From Eledone cirrhosa (lineage: Eukaryota), in NCBI GenBank assembly GCA_964016885.1, contig OZ024743.1, positions 2,232,001-2,296,000 of the forward strand: 64,000 nt of DNA, given 5' to 3'. Positions 1-12,080 of the stretch are shown here, piece after piece. The position numbers and the translations under genes are program-made. The notes under the pieces are model-generated. The model was not told where the DNA came from. It worked only from the letters and a program-made list of their open reading frames with translations, and ran no database searches. Numbering within the stretch: the stretch's first letter is position 1; the number at the start of each line of letters is the position of its first letter.

Positions 1-3000
1 GACCAGACGACTGTTGGATAAGGACCAGGAGACAGTTGGATAAGGACCAGGAGACAGTTGGATAAGGGCCAGACGACTGTTGGATAAGGACCAGGAGACA
101 GTTGGATAAGGACTAGACGACTGTTGGATAAGGACCAGGAGACAGTTGGATAAGGACCAGGAGACAGTTGGATAAGGACCAGACGACTGTTGGATAAGGA
201 CCAGCAGACAGTTGGATAAGGACCAGGAGACAGTTGGATAAGGACCAGACGACTGTTGGATAAGGACCAGGAGACAGTTGGATAAGGACCAGACGACTGT
301 TGGATAAGGACCAGGAGACAGTTGGATAAGGACCAGGAGACAGTTGGATAAGGGCCAGACGACTGTTGGATAAGGACCAGGAGACAGTTGGATAAGGACC
401 AGACGACTGTTGGATAAGGACCAGGAGACAGTTGGATAAGGACCAGGAGACTGTTGGATAAGGACCAGGAGACAGTTGGATAAGGACCAGGAGACTGTTG
501 GATAAGGACCAGGAGACTGTTGGATAAGGACCAGGAGACAGTTGGATAAGGACCAGGAGACTGTTGGATGAGGACCAGGAGACTGTTGGATAAGGACCAG
601 GAGACAGTTGGATAAGGACCAGGAGACTGTTGGATAAGGACCAGGAGACTGTTGGATAAGGACCAGACGACTGTTGGATAAGGACCAGGAGACAGTTGGA
701 TAAGGACCAGACGACTGTTGGATAAGGACCAGGAGACAGTTGGATAAGGACCAGACGACTGTTGGATAATGACCCGGAGACAGTTGGATAAGGACCAGGA
801 GACAGTTGGATAAGGACCAGACGACTGTTGGATAAGGACCAGGAGACAGTTGGATAAGGGCCAGACGACTGTTGGATAAGGACCAGGAGACAGTTGGATA
901 AGGACCAGACGACTGTTGGATAAGGACCAGGAGACAGTTGGATAAGGACCAGGAGACAGTTGGATAAGGACCAGACGACTGTTGGATAAGGACCAGGAGA
1001 CAGTTGGATAAGGACCAGGAGACAGTTGGATAAGGACCAGACGACTGTTGGATAAGGACCAGGAGACAGTTGGATAAGGACCAGGAGACAGTTGGATAAG
1101 GGCCAGACGACTGTTGGATAAGGACCAGGAGACAGTTGGATAAGGACCAGACGACTGTTGGATAAGGACCAGGAGACAGTTGGATAAGGACCAGGAGACT
1201 GTTGGATAAGGACCAGGAGACAGTTGGATAAGGACCAGGAGACTGTTGGATAAGGACCAGGAGACTGTTGGATAAGGACCAGGAGACAGTTGGATAAGGA
1301 CCAGGAGACTGTTGGATAAGGACCAGGAGACTGTTGGATAAGGACCAGGAGACAGTTGGATAAGGACCAGGAGACAGTTGGATAAGGACCAGGAGACAGT
1401 TGGATAAGGACCAGGAGACAGTTGGATAAGGACCAGACGACTGTTGGATAAGGACCAGGAGACAGTTGGATAAGGACCAGGAGACTGTTGGATAAGGACC
1501 AGGAGACTGTTGGATAAGGACCAGGAGACAGTTGGATAAGGACCAGACGACAGTTGGATAAGGACCAGGAGACTGTTGGATAAGGACCAGGAGACTGTTG
1601 GATAAGGACCAGGAGACAGTTGGATAAGGACCAGGAGACTGTTGGATAAGGACCAGGAGACTGTTGGATAAGGACCAGGAGACTGTTGGATAAGGACCAG
1701 GAGACTGTTGGATAAGGACCAGGAGACAGTTGGATAAGGACCAGGAGACAGTTGGATAAGGACCAGGAGACTGTTGGATAAGGACCAGGAGACAGTTGGA
1801 TAAGGACCAGGAGACAGTTGGATAAGGACCAGACGACTGTTGGATAAGGACCAGGAGACAGTTGGATAAGGACCAGGAGACTGTTGGATAAGGACCAGGA
1901 GACTGTTGGATAAGGACCAGGAGACTGTTGGATAAGGACCAGGAGACTGTTGGATAAGGACCAGACGACTGTTGGATAAGGACCAGGAGACTGTTGGATA
2001 AGGGCCAGACGACTGTTGGATAAGGACCAGATGACAGTTGGATAAGGGCCAGGAGACTGTTGGATAAGGACCAGGAGACTGTTGGATAAGGACCAGGAGA
2101 CTGTTGGATAAGGACCAGGAGACTGTTGGATAAGGACCAGGAGACTGTTGGATAAGGACCAGGAGACAGTTGGATAAGGACCAGGAGACTGTTGGATAAG
2201 GACCAGGAGACTGTTGGATAAGGACCAGACGAAAGTAGGATAAGGACCAGACGAAAGTAGGATAAGGACCAGGAGACTGTTGGATAAGGACCAGGAGACT
2301 GTTGGATAAGGACCAGGAGACTGTTGGATAAGGACCAGACGAAAGTAGGATAAGGACCAGACGAAAGTAGGATAAGGACCAGGAGACTGTTGGATAAGGA
2401 CCAGGAGACTGTTGGATAAGGACCAGACAACTGTTGGATAAGGACCAGGAGACAGTTGGATAAGGACCAGACGACTGTTGGATAAGGACCAGGAGACTGT
2501 TGGATAAGGACCAGGAGACTGTTGGATAAGGACCAGGAGACAGTTGGATAAGGACCAGGAGACAGTTGGATAAGGACCAGGAGACAGTTGGATAAGGACC
2601 AGGAGACTGTTGGATAAGGACCAGGAGACTGTTGGATAAGGACCAGGAGACTGTTGGATAAGGACCAGGAGACTGTTGGATAAGGACCAGGAGACTGTTG
2701 GATAAGGACCAGACGACTGTTGGATAAGGACCAGGAGACAGTTGGAAAAGGACCAGGAGACAGTTGGATAAGGACCAGGAGACTGTTGGATAAGGACCAG
2801 ATGACAGTTGGATAAGGACCAGGAGACTGTTGGATAAGGACCAGGAGACTGTTGGATAAGGACCAGGAGACTGTTGGATAAGGACCAGGAGACTGTTGGA
2901 TAAGGACCAGGAGACTGTTGGATAAGGACCAGGAGACTGTTGGATAAGGACCAGACGAAAGTAGGATAAGGACCAGACGAAAGTAGGATAAGGACCAGGA

Positions 3001-3175
3001 GACTGTTGGATAAGGACCAGACGAAAGTAGGATAAGGACCAGGAGACTGTTGGATAAGGACCAGGAGACTGTTGGATAAGGACCAGACGAAAGTAGGATA
3101 AGGACCAGACGAAAGAAGGATAAGGACCAGACGAAAGTAGGATAAGGACCAGGAGACTGTTGGATAAGGGCCAGA
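1..3175. repeat. 22-bp tandem minisatellite, ~144 units, consensus GACCAGGAGACWGTTGGATAAG; runs off the left edge
   Basis: Direct periodicity, with units at 1, 23, 45 and so on. Variants are GAGACAG, GAGACTG, ACGACTG and ACGAAAGTAG. The last unit degenerates near 3170-3195. Confidence 0.98.
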
Positions 3176-3419
3176 TTATAGTTGAATAAGAACCATATGA
3201 TGAAATAACTTTAAAACTTTTAGTGAATAACATTAACAGATCGAAAAAGAAAAAGACCTTGACACTAGTACAGAGTTTAATGAAACAGCAGTTTAAGCAT
3301 AAGACAAGATTTAGTAGAGAAAAAGCTGAAGAATGCCAACAAACTGATATTTCTACAGAAGACTCTTCTGTTGTGCCTATATTACAACTAAAATATCATT
3401 GAAAACAAATTTTACCATG

Positions 3420-3530
3420 TCATCATCATCATCATCGTTTTTATGTCAACTTTTCCATACCAACATGGGTTGGACAGGACTTTTTGAGACAATGTTTTGC
3501 AGCCAGATCCCTTTCCTGACACCAACCCTT
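3420..3530 (-). mobile_element. RTE-LINE 3'-tail-related repeat with (GAT)n tail
   Basis: (CAT)n...catgggttggac...cccttt cctgacaccaacc matches the tail family at 50737-50950. Further copies lie near 4270, 5330, 19375, 36300, 54980, 59515 and 62125. Confidence 0.6.
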
Positions 3531-4964
3531 TTAATTGCTTCTTAAGACATGCAGAGATATGGTACATCTATTCTAAACAGGATGCAAACAGTCAAAATAG
3601 AAATTTCAAAGTAAAATTGTTTGAATATTCACATTATAAACATTGAATCCTAAATAAATTCCACAGTACTATCCTAACAGATAAATATTTTAAAATCTCA
3701 AAAAGAGTTTAAAAAGAGAGTCCAATGAAAGCCATGCAGTAAAAACAAGGTACCAATTTTTCAACTCTGAGAACACCCCCACCAGCCACTCTAGTAAAAT
3801 GGAGTCAAGGTTTTCAGTCAATCAAATTTGTTCTAATTTAAATAGTTAGCCAAATATTTTAACTAACAGCTGATTATATAAGCACAAGGAATAGACTATA
3901 AATAGTCCAAAGAATAGATTATAGTTGTCCAAGCAATATGCTCCCAGTACCTGATGTAAAGTAGTAGTGGTGGCGTCATTATAAAATGTTCCTAGTACAC
4001 TCTATAAAGTGGTATTGCTAGTCCACAATAAAATGTTCACAGTACACTCTGTAAAGTAGTAGTGCATACTCTACAGTATGCTCTATAATGTACTCTACAG
4101 TGTATTCAACTGGCAATCTAAATGAACATAAATGTTTTCTTATGCAAAGAGACAGGATTTTAGATTATTTATATGAAAGAGGGCATAGACAGTTTTTAAC
4201 CTAAAAGTACCTCCTCAGTATAATTGATCTAAAAGCACTGCAACAGAGAGTTGGAATTCCATGAGATACATCCTCATCATCATGATTATCACCATTTAAT
4301 GTCTATTTTTCATGCTTGTATTGCATTAGACAGGTTGTCATGTTCTGAAGTTAGACTGGTCAGGTGACCATGCCTTGCTCATATAGTCCATTTGAGGTTT
4401 GGTTTCTACAGCCATATGTCCTTCCTAACACTTATCACTTCAAAGCTTGTACTAGGAGCAGTTTATCATGGCACTAGCCCATTACAGAGTGTACTGGGAG
4501 CATTTTAGCATGGCAATAACACTATGGACCAGAAAAATAAAACTAATAAAATATCCCCAATACAACTGAGACTGTAGTCAATATAATCAAAACAAAGTTA
4601 TGCATAAAAAATGCCATACGGGTGTTGAGATACTATGGTGGCAAATTCCAGACATTCTAGTTTTTTAATTATTTCTGTGATTTACTAGTCATTGTGTGTG
4701 TGTGTGTATGAGTGCGTGTGTTGTGTGTGTGTTTGGTGGTGTGTTTTTTTTCTTTCTTTATAAATACCTCTATGTTAGTGCAGTAAAATATTTTCATTTC
4801 ATCCAACTATTTGAAGATTTTTTTCTTTTCATTATATACTGTTAAATTTTGGTTTTGAATAGATACTGTTGATTATATATGTGAGTGAGTGTGTGTGTGT
4901 GGGGGGGATATGTGTATATATATATATATATATGTACATATATATATATATGTATACACACACA

Positions 4965-5505
4965 TACATGTGGATGTTGTGTGCAAGAGGGGAGATTACA
5001 TTCAAGTTGGCATATTATGCATGAGGGATGATGGCTGTATGGAAGGGTGCAGTGTATTTAAAGTTGATGGAAGCTGTGGAGTAGGGGGATCTAAGGAGAC
5101 ATATAAGGTGATGAGGTGATAAAAGCTGGCCTTGAACGGTTGCGTCTCTCAAATGTGATGACGTAGGACTGAGACCTCTGATGTTGTGCAGTAGTACAGA
5201 AGTTGAAACATCTAGTATGCAACTTCACCTCCTACATCCTAAAGCCCCACACATGCTATAACACCCCACTCCCACTCTAACACTCTACCCTCACCCACAT
5301 CCCTAGATCTACACCAATCCCCACCAGCCCACACTGTAACTGTGGTTGGCGTTAGGAAGAGTGTCCAGCAATAGAAACCAAACCAGAACCAGTTCCTTAT
5401 GAGCAGGACACGGTCACCTGATCTGACTTGTCTCACAACAGCACAGCTCATCTAACCCATGAAAAAATGGACGTTAAACGGTGATGATGATGACAACGAT
5501 GATGA
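4965..5505 (+). mobile_element. Degenerate 3' end of RTE LINE, same family as 51077-53085
   Basis: The translation ...MRDDGCMEGCSVFKVDGSCGVGGSKET aligns by eye with ...MRMKDSCIKKCRVIKIDGSYGIGKPQKT. It is followed by the ggacgttaaacg(GAT)n tail. Confidence 0.65.
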
Positions 5506-5643
5506 TATATATATATATATATATATATAAGGAGAGAGAGAGAGAGAGAGAGAGAGATCAGTATTTTAACAGTTTTAAACTAGAAAGACCATTATTCAAC
5601 AGAGTACTCGATACTTGAGATAGTAGAGTGTAAATATCCATGT

Positions 5644-5696
<53 letters not shown>

Positions 5697-6109
5697 ATGT
5701 GTCTATATATATATATAAACACATACACACATCGCATGTGTGTGTATAGGAACAGAATTCACGGGGACCAGATTTGATGACGAAGTTCTGCAGATGTTGA
5801 TTTGAACGAGTAAGGTAAAGTAGGAACGGTGTAAGAAGATGTACAGGATGTGGTCAGCTGGAGGTGATATATATATATATGTATACAGTAGATTGTCAGC
5901 TGCAGAGAGAGTAACAGTAATAGAGAGAGAGAGAGGAAGAAAGACAAAGAGAGGGAATGAGGGAGAAGGTGCATTAAGTGTAAAGTCAACCTCATCATTT
6001 TACATGTTTTTTTATGCTAGCAAGCAGTTCATCACAGCCCAGGTTAGCAATTATTTGAAGTAAAGGTTAGGAGACCACATGTTGCTTATACATTCCATTT
6101 GGGAATTAG

Positions 6110-6550
6110 TTTCTATGGCTGGATGCCCTTCCTAACACCAGTGTGTATTGGGTGTGTTTTATGATGGCACCGACACTAGAGAGGTTGTCTTGTCCTTCAC
6201 CGCACTGAAATCCTCTACATTGAGACTGTTTAATCATCAATCACTTTACAGAGTGTACAGGGTACATTTTATCATAGCACCAACACTAGAGAGGTTGTGT
6301 TGCCCTTGCTATGACTGAAGAGCCCTCTACATTGAGATTGATTAATCCTCAATCACTGTACTGAGTGCACTGGGTGCATTTTATTACTAGAGAGGTTGCA
6401 TTGCCCTCGACATGACTGAACAGTCCTCTCTACCCTACATTGTCTCCATTTTTTGATCTTCAATCACTTTGCAAAGTGTACTAAGCACATTTTATTGTAG
6501 TACCAAGACTAGGGATGTTGCATTGCCCTTCATATGACTGAAGCATTTTC
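6110..6550. repeat. Diverged tandem array of ~4 units of ~110-120 bp, derived from the RTE-tail repeat
   Basis: Recurring aatcactttacagagtgtac...actagagaggttg...atgactgaa...ctctacattgag. Confidence 0.65.
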
Positions 6551-6802
6551 TCTACATCATGTTGGTTGTAGAACATTTGTAGGTTGAAAGTTCTGTTTTA
6601 TTCCTTAGCATCAGAAACATTTAGAATCTTTGGAACAAACCCCAGTAGATGGAAATCATGAATAGAGGTTAGCTTGTCATGCAATACTCAGCATCTAAGC
6701 ATATTTTTAACAATCTTTGATATCATATAACCTGCTAACTAATTAACTTGGTTACTTTCTACAACTTCCTTACTGCCCTCATTTATACCACTTACCTGCA
6801 AG

Positions 6803-6855
<53 letters not shown>

Positions 6856-7167
6856 AATATATGCATATATATATATATATACACACATATATATATATAC
6901 ATATACACTCATATATATATCTATACACACACACACACATTATACATGTATACATATACACACAATATATATGTATGTGTAAAAATAGATGTTCAACAGT
7001 GATGATGATACTCAATCATAAACAGATAAAATTAATTATAGATAAAAAAAACTTGTATAACTATATTTTTACAGAATTTCATTTATAGAAATTATATTTA
7101 GGTATAATAATATATCATATATTAAGAACATAGCAAGTAAAGAATTATATACAATATATATAAACTG

Positions 7168-7201
<34 letters not shown>

Positions 7202-7209
7202 CATCTATG

Positions 7210-7267
<58 letters not shown>

Positions 7268-7425
7268 AAGCATTCATCTTGGGAAGTGTAATAAAACTAT
7301 AAGCATTCCCCCACTTCCCTAACACTAAATAAAAAAAAATACTGCATTACTTGGTAACTGGAGTACACTGACACACCACATATACTGTATGTAATGTAAA
7401 AAGTAATAGACCAGAAAGTACTCAC

Positions 7426-7624
7426 CTCTGTAAGTTGGGGTAAATTCCTTGAGCTCTGGGGGTAGAGTTTCGTAGAAATAACGTTCACGAGAGGTGAGAG
7501 GTTTGCAAAGGGTGGTATCATTGAAGTGAAGTACTGAGCAATGGCCCCCTACTTGGTGATTGTAGGGTTTCAGCTCAACTAGTCCAGACATCGCCAGCTC
7601 CGTGTCCATAACCAGCTCAGGCAT
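7426..7624 (-). CDS. IP6K: Inositol hexakisphosphate kinase, first coding exon (66 codons + 1 nt)
   Basis: [67 protein letters not shown] matches the IP6K N-terminus (human IP6K1 LEPFIHQVGGH...CKPL..RE..FYE.LP.EMKEFTP.YKG). Phase-1 donor AG|gtgagt at 7426/7425. Acceptor ttctctctttttttctag| at 7661/7660. An in-frame TGA lies four codons upstream of the ATG. Confidence 0.93.
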
Positions 7625-7794
7625 TCTTAACAATCAGTCAATAACCACGATACAAACAAACTAGAAAAAAAGAGAGAAACAAAAAAAATTATTGAAATTA
7701 CTTCAACTCTTAACATACTGTATCATGTATTTAAAAAGTATAAAACATGATTATAACTACTTCACATTAAAAATCTTTTCTCTAATAGCGTTAA

Positions 7795-8680
7795 ATCAAA
7801 ACTATTCAATGGGGGAGTCGGACTCTGCCATTGGTGTGTACTGTCACCTCGCCTGTTTATTATTTTCATAAACAGGATTGGCATGTGCAGCTGGGTTGGA
7901 AGTGGTATCACAATTGGCGAGTGTAGAATCAGTCAGCTGGAATTTGCAGGCGGCATTGTGTTACTTAACTCAACAGAAGGTGATCTCTGATTTGCACTTG
8001 ATAAGTTTGATACCAAGTGCTGCATGGCTGGAATGAAAATTAGTGCTGCAAAAACTGTGACACTTGTCCTTTCAAGGAAACCTGCACAGTGCACTCTACA
8101 TGTGAATGGAGTTCCACTGAAGCAGGTGGAGAAGTTCATGTATCTCGGAGCCATGTTCACGAGTTATGGAAGGCAGGAGGCTGAATTAAGTGCAAGAATT
8201 CCAGGAGCCGGTGCAGTAATGCACCAGTTTCAGCATTTGGTAATCAGAACAAGGGAGGTAGGTGTAAAAGCTAAACTCACTATCTTCAATTCGGTATTCA
8301 TGCCAACCCTTGCTTATGGTCATGAATCTTGGGTAATGACCGAAAGAATATGATCACAAATACAAGCAGTCAAAATGGGGTTCCTCCGAAAGGTCTATGG
8401 AGTAAGATTACTCAATAGAGTGTATAGCTTGGAGATCAGAGACTCACTCCAGATAGAGCCGCTACTTCTCCGAATTGAGAGATCATAGCTCCAATACTAA
8501 GGGCATGTGGTTAGAATCACTGGACAGATTTTATGGGCAAAACCAACTGGCAGGAGACCCATGGGTAGTCAAATCCATGAGTCTGGCTGGTCTCACTTGG
8601 GGATCCGGCAGGACCCACTGAAAGGAGTGTTAGAGGACTCTGCCTTCACGACCTTCTCGGGAATAAGTGGGTGATGAATG
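7795..8680 (+). mobile_element. 5'-truncated, decayed RTE-clade LINE (RT C-terminal half)
   Basis: GVGL..CVLSP.LFIIF-like segment, then MKISAAKT...QVEKFMYLG...LAYGHESW, with stops and frameshifts. Confidence 0.88.
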
Positions 8681-9210
8681 AGAAGAACCATTATTAAGTC
8701 ATGTTCCAAACACCAACTTAATAATGAAAAAAAAAATTATTAAATCCCTCCAAATTTTTTATTTTCCTAATTTGAAAAATCATAAACAATGTCTTTCATT
8801 AGAAATGCGGTAAGAAAAGGGTTAATGGCATAGACAATGTTTTACATTAGAAATATGGTAATGGGGGGATTAATGATTTAGGTAGTGTGTTTCATTAGAG
8901 ATATGGTATAAAAAGTGTGAGCCTAACACCATAACCTGTAGGCCATCAAACATATCACAAACACAGTAGCAGTGTATCATGAGTATCAAATGTAGCGGAA
9001 AGTTGATAGGAGAAAAATGAAATATAATTTACATTTAAATTACCAATGTAAATATTCACAGATAGTCAAACAATAGATAAACATTTTCTCAAAATATTGT
9101 ATTCAGATATTCTGAGTTATTTCCTGGTTTCTTTGTGTTATGAGAATCATTCACAAAGATAATTATTTCAGCAGGAAACAAGCAGAAAGTGGTTAAACAG
9201 GATTTCTAAA

Positions 9211-9904
9211 TTTAACCCTTTCATTACCATATTTCTAATGAAAGACTATGATTTTCAAATAATTTTGAAAATAATCAAGAACTTAGAGGGATACAGTCAT
9301 ATAATTAACTTTCTCATTATTAAGTTAGTGTTTGGACCATAACAATGATAGAAGGTTGGGTTTGTTTGTTTTTTAATGTAAACACTTTAAAATGTACAGT
9401 TTTGTTTTTATAGTATGAGGGGTAGTTTCAAGTGGTTTAGTATTAAAAAAATTAACAAAGATTCTTACATTAAATTATAATGGAAAGTTTTTAGATAAAT
9501 ATGAACACTGTAAACAAACAGTTTCATAGCGTGGAACCAGGGGCAGTTTCAGGTGGTTTGGTACCAAAATGATTAACAAAGATTCTTACATAAAATTAAT
9601 CACTAAAGATGTCACAGAAATGTGTAATGAAAGAACTTTAAGAAATATTTATAACTGTTGGTCAATCAGTGATAAACATTGATTGCCAGCTAAATTATTT
9701 GTGGAAATATAAAAAATATACTGAAGTGAAAACCAAAGCAAACCAAATAGTGTGTTTTACTATTTTTAGCAATATTAGGACAACATGACCCTCCCCAAAT
9801 ATAAAATGGAGAGTTTTTAGATAAATGTAAACATTGTAAAACAAACAATTTTGTAGTGTGGAACCAGTGGTGATTCCAACTGGTTTGGTATCAAAAGGGT
9901 TAAG
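9211..9904. mobile_element. Cluster of TTAA/CCCTT-terminated (piggyBac-type) MITE pieces, family B
   Basis: ttaaccctttcattaccatatttc...ggtttggtatcaaaagggttaa. Related pieces lie at ~8690-8825, 20500-20720, 34595-35080, 37300-37765, 40615-41120, 41550-41840, 46570-46840 and 56330-56660. Confidence 0.65.
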
Positions 9905-10914
9905 GAACTGTTATGGATTCTGGAAACGGTTGAAGTTAATAATGAATGCCTACAAATAAAATCCCTACTGTATGTAGTTGTGACTGCTAGAAATAAGAGC
10001 CCAATTTTCTTCAAATTACATTCTACCATCTTAAAGAACAATAGGACACATTCTACACTATGGCTAAATAAACTGAATAAAAGATGAGATGATCACAGAT
10101 GGTTGTGTTGGTGCCACAATAAAATGCATTCAGTAGAGTGCAAGAGCATATATCAGAGTTTCTACTCAAGTACTAATTGGTTTGTGACATGTCCAACTCT
10201 TGCTAGCAGGGAAAACAGATATTGAATGGTGATGACGATGATGATGAAGGTGTTGTATGACAACAAGAACAACTATTTTTCTCCAAAACAAACAATCTGA
10301 AGCACAATCCTTTCTGGGTTAAACTAGTTCATGTAGCCTGAGATATTGGATCTCTGCATCTTATTTATAAATATACGGATGACTGGTTTTGTCAAACAGA
10401 TCTCTGGCAACCAGAACTGAGACTGAGAAATATATATAGCTAACCAGATATGTATATAGGCTATCAGATAACCAAGTCATGACACATAGATCATAACAGT
10501 TGCAAGCATTTCAGTGTGTGTAGATTCTTTTACATGCAACAAAATATTAAAATACTCAATACAAGTGTATAATGTAATAGTTGTTATTTTTCTTTAGTTT
10601 TTCCTTTTAATTTCTAATCTGAAAGCTGTACAAAAACATAACAGGAGGAAAATTCCATTGTTTCAAGCATTTTCGAACAACGATCACCTCCCCGTACTTC
10701 TCATTTTATACTTGCTTCTATTCAAAAATAAAAAAACAAGCTTTCTATATGTTGTCTTGGCAGTGGCAGTAGTAATGGTGGTAGTGGTGTCAAAATACAA
10801 TCAATACAGCCATATATAAGACTTCATGATGCTCTAATTCACCTTGCATTAATCATCAACTCTGACATATTTATCATCCAATCCCATCACATATTCAAAC
10901 CATGATATTGATTT

Positions 10915-11125
10915 CTAATTCAGGCACAAGGCCAGCAAGTTTTAGGGGAAGAGCAAAGTTGATTAAATTAACTCCCAGTACTTGACTGGTACTTTATTTT
11001 ATCATCAACCCAAGAAGGATAAAAGACAAAGTTGACCTTGACAGGATTTGAACTCAGAATGTAAAGAACCAACACAAATACCACTGAGCATTTGTCTGAC
11101 ACTTACTGACTCTGCCAATCTACTG
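10915..11125 (-). mobile_element. tRNA-derived SINE, major family, long form
   Basis: Reverse complement of the head (B-box gagttcaaatcc), the ctttcatcc...gataaaataaagtaccag core and the gctggccttgtgcc tail. Confidence 0.8.
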
Positions 11126-11539
11126 CACTAATGCATCATATAATATTAACACTCACTGTACTACTTAATTGCTTTCTTCATTCAGTTGTATGAAATGCCT
11201 CTAAAATTTTTAACCATCTTTTTACAGCAGCTGGTATTTTATAAACATTATTTTCCAGCCTGTCAAACTCTAGGACAACATATGAGCCCATTACATGCTG
11301 ATATGGATTGATCATGTTTCCATGTTCTGTGGCTTGACAAGTCAGATGATGACATCTTGTTCATAGTTCCATATTTAAATGGGAACAACTCCACTCTCTG
11401 CAGAGTAGAGACTGTTCAGCTTGGCAGTTTCTACTCCAGCTGTTAAATGCTGAAGGTGAAAGAGGATCGGTGTGAAGTCAGGTGGCAGGATAAAATCTGG
11501 TCACAACATCACATGGGGTGCAACTAAGGGCGATGACCC

Positions 11540-11700
11540 ATCTCTCGAAGGCTGATCTTACACATGCTGGTCTTGATATCAATTCCAACCCAGCTGTGCA
11601 TGTCAATCTTCTTTCATGAAGATTATGAACAGGAAAGGTGACAATATGCACGCCTTGGTAGTGTCCAACACCCACATTGAATGCTTTTGTCAGCACCCTT
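11540..11700 (-). mobile_element. Short RT fragment of RTE LINE
   Basis: FNVGVG..QG / CILSPFLFIIFM across a frameshift, homologous to 7800-7890. Confidence 0.65.
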
Positions 11701-11992
11701 TATCTAAATACAAATTCTAGGGTCTTCATGGGAACAAAAAGTTGTCCATTGATCTCATACTCTTGCAGAACCTTCTACAACACACACAGACTATACTTTG
11801 CTTTGTGTTTGTGTCTGCATTTCCATAACTTTCTCCCTAAAAACTTCTTTCTCTTCAAATATATATAAACACACGGAGCTAATTCTGAAAAGATGTGGCA
11901 ATTATATACTATCATATATAATTCTCTACTTTCCTTTGAGCCTTATATATTTAGTTTTACCATTGCTATATGTTTGTGTGGGTGTAATCATA

Positions 11993-12080
11993 GTAAAATG
12001 ATAGGAGGCCAGACAGGTTAAATTCCTTCAGATTTTTATTTCTGAAGGAATTTAACCTGTCCGGTCTGCTGCCATTTTAC
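11993..12080. repeat. Hairpin: perfect 21-bp arms with 8-nt loop, imperfect extension
   Basis: gacaggttaaattccttcaga (12012-12032) / tctgaaggaatttaacctgtc (12041-12061); outer gtaaaatg/cattttac. Confidence 0.9.

Noticed and set aside
1-3175. CRISPR-like array (constant core plus variable segment)
   Set aside because: Variable parts are only ~7 nt and drawn from a few recurring variants. There are no unique spacers or cas genes, and the context is eukaryotic.
3190-3402. Plus-strand open frame EPYDEITLKLL...LKYH
   Set aside because: About 70 codons with no recognisable homology or convincing splice sites.
5755-5860. Possible second IP6K exon
   Set aside because: An acceptor-like ctccag exists on the minus strand, but no frame resembles IP6K and the donor is weak.
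7325-7425. ORF extension beyond TYRG (EYFLVYYF...)
   Set aside because: Read-through into the intron past the gtgagt donor. The TTG start at 7633 is also less plausible than the ATG at 7624.
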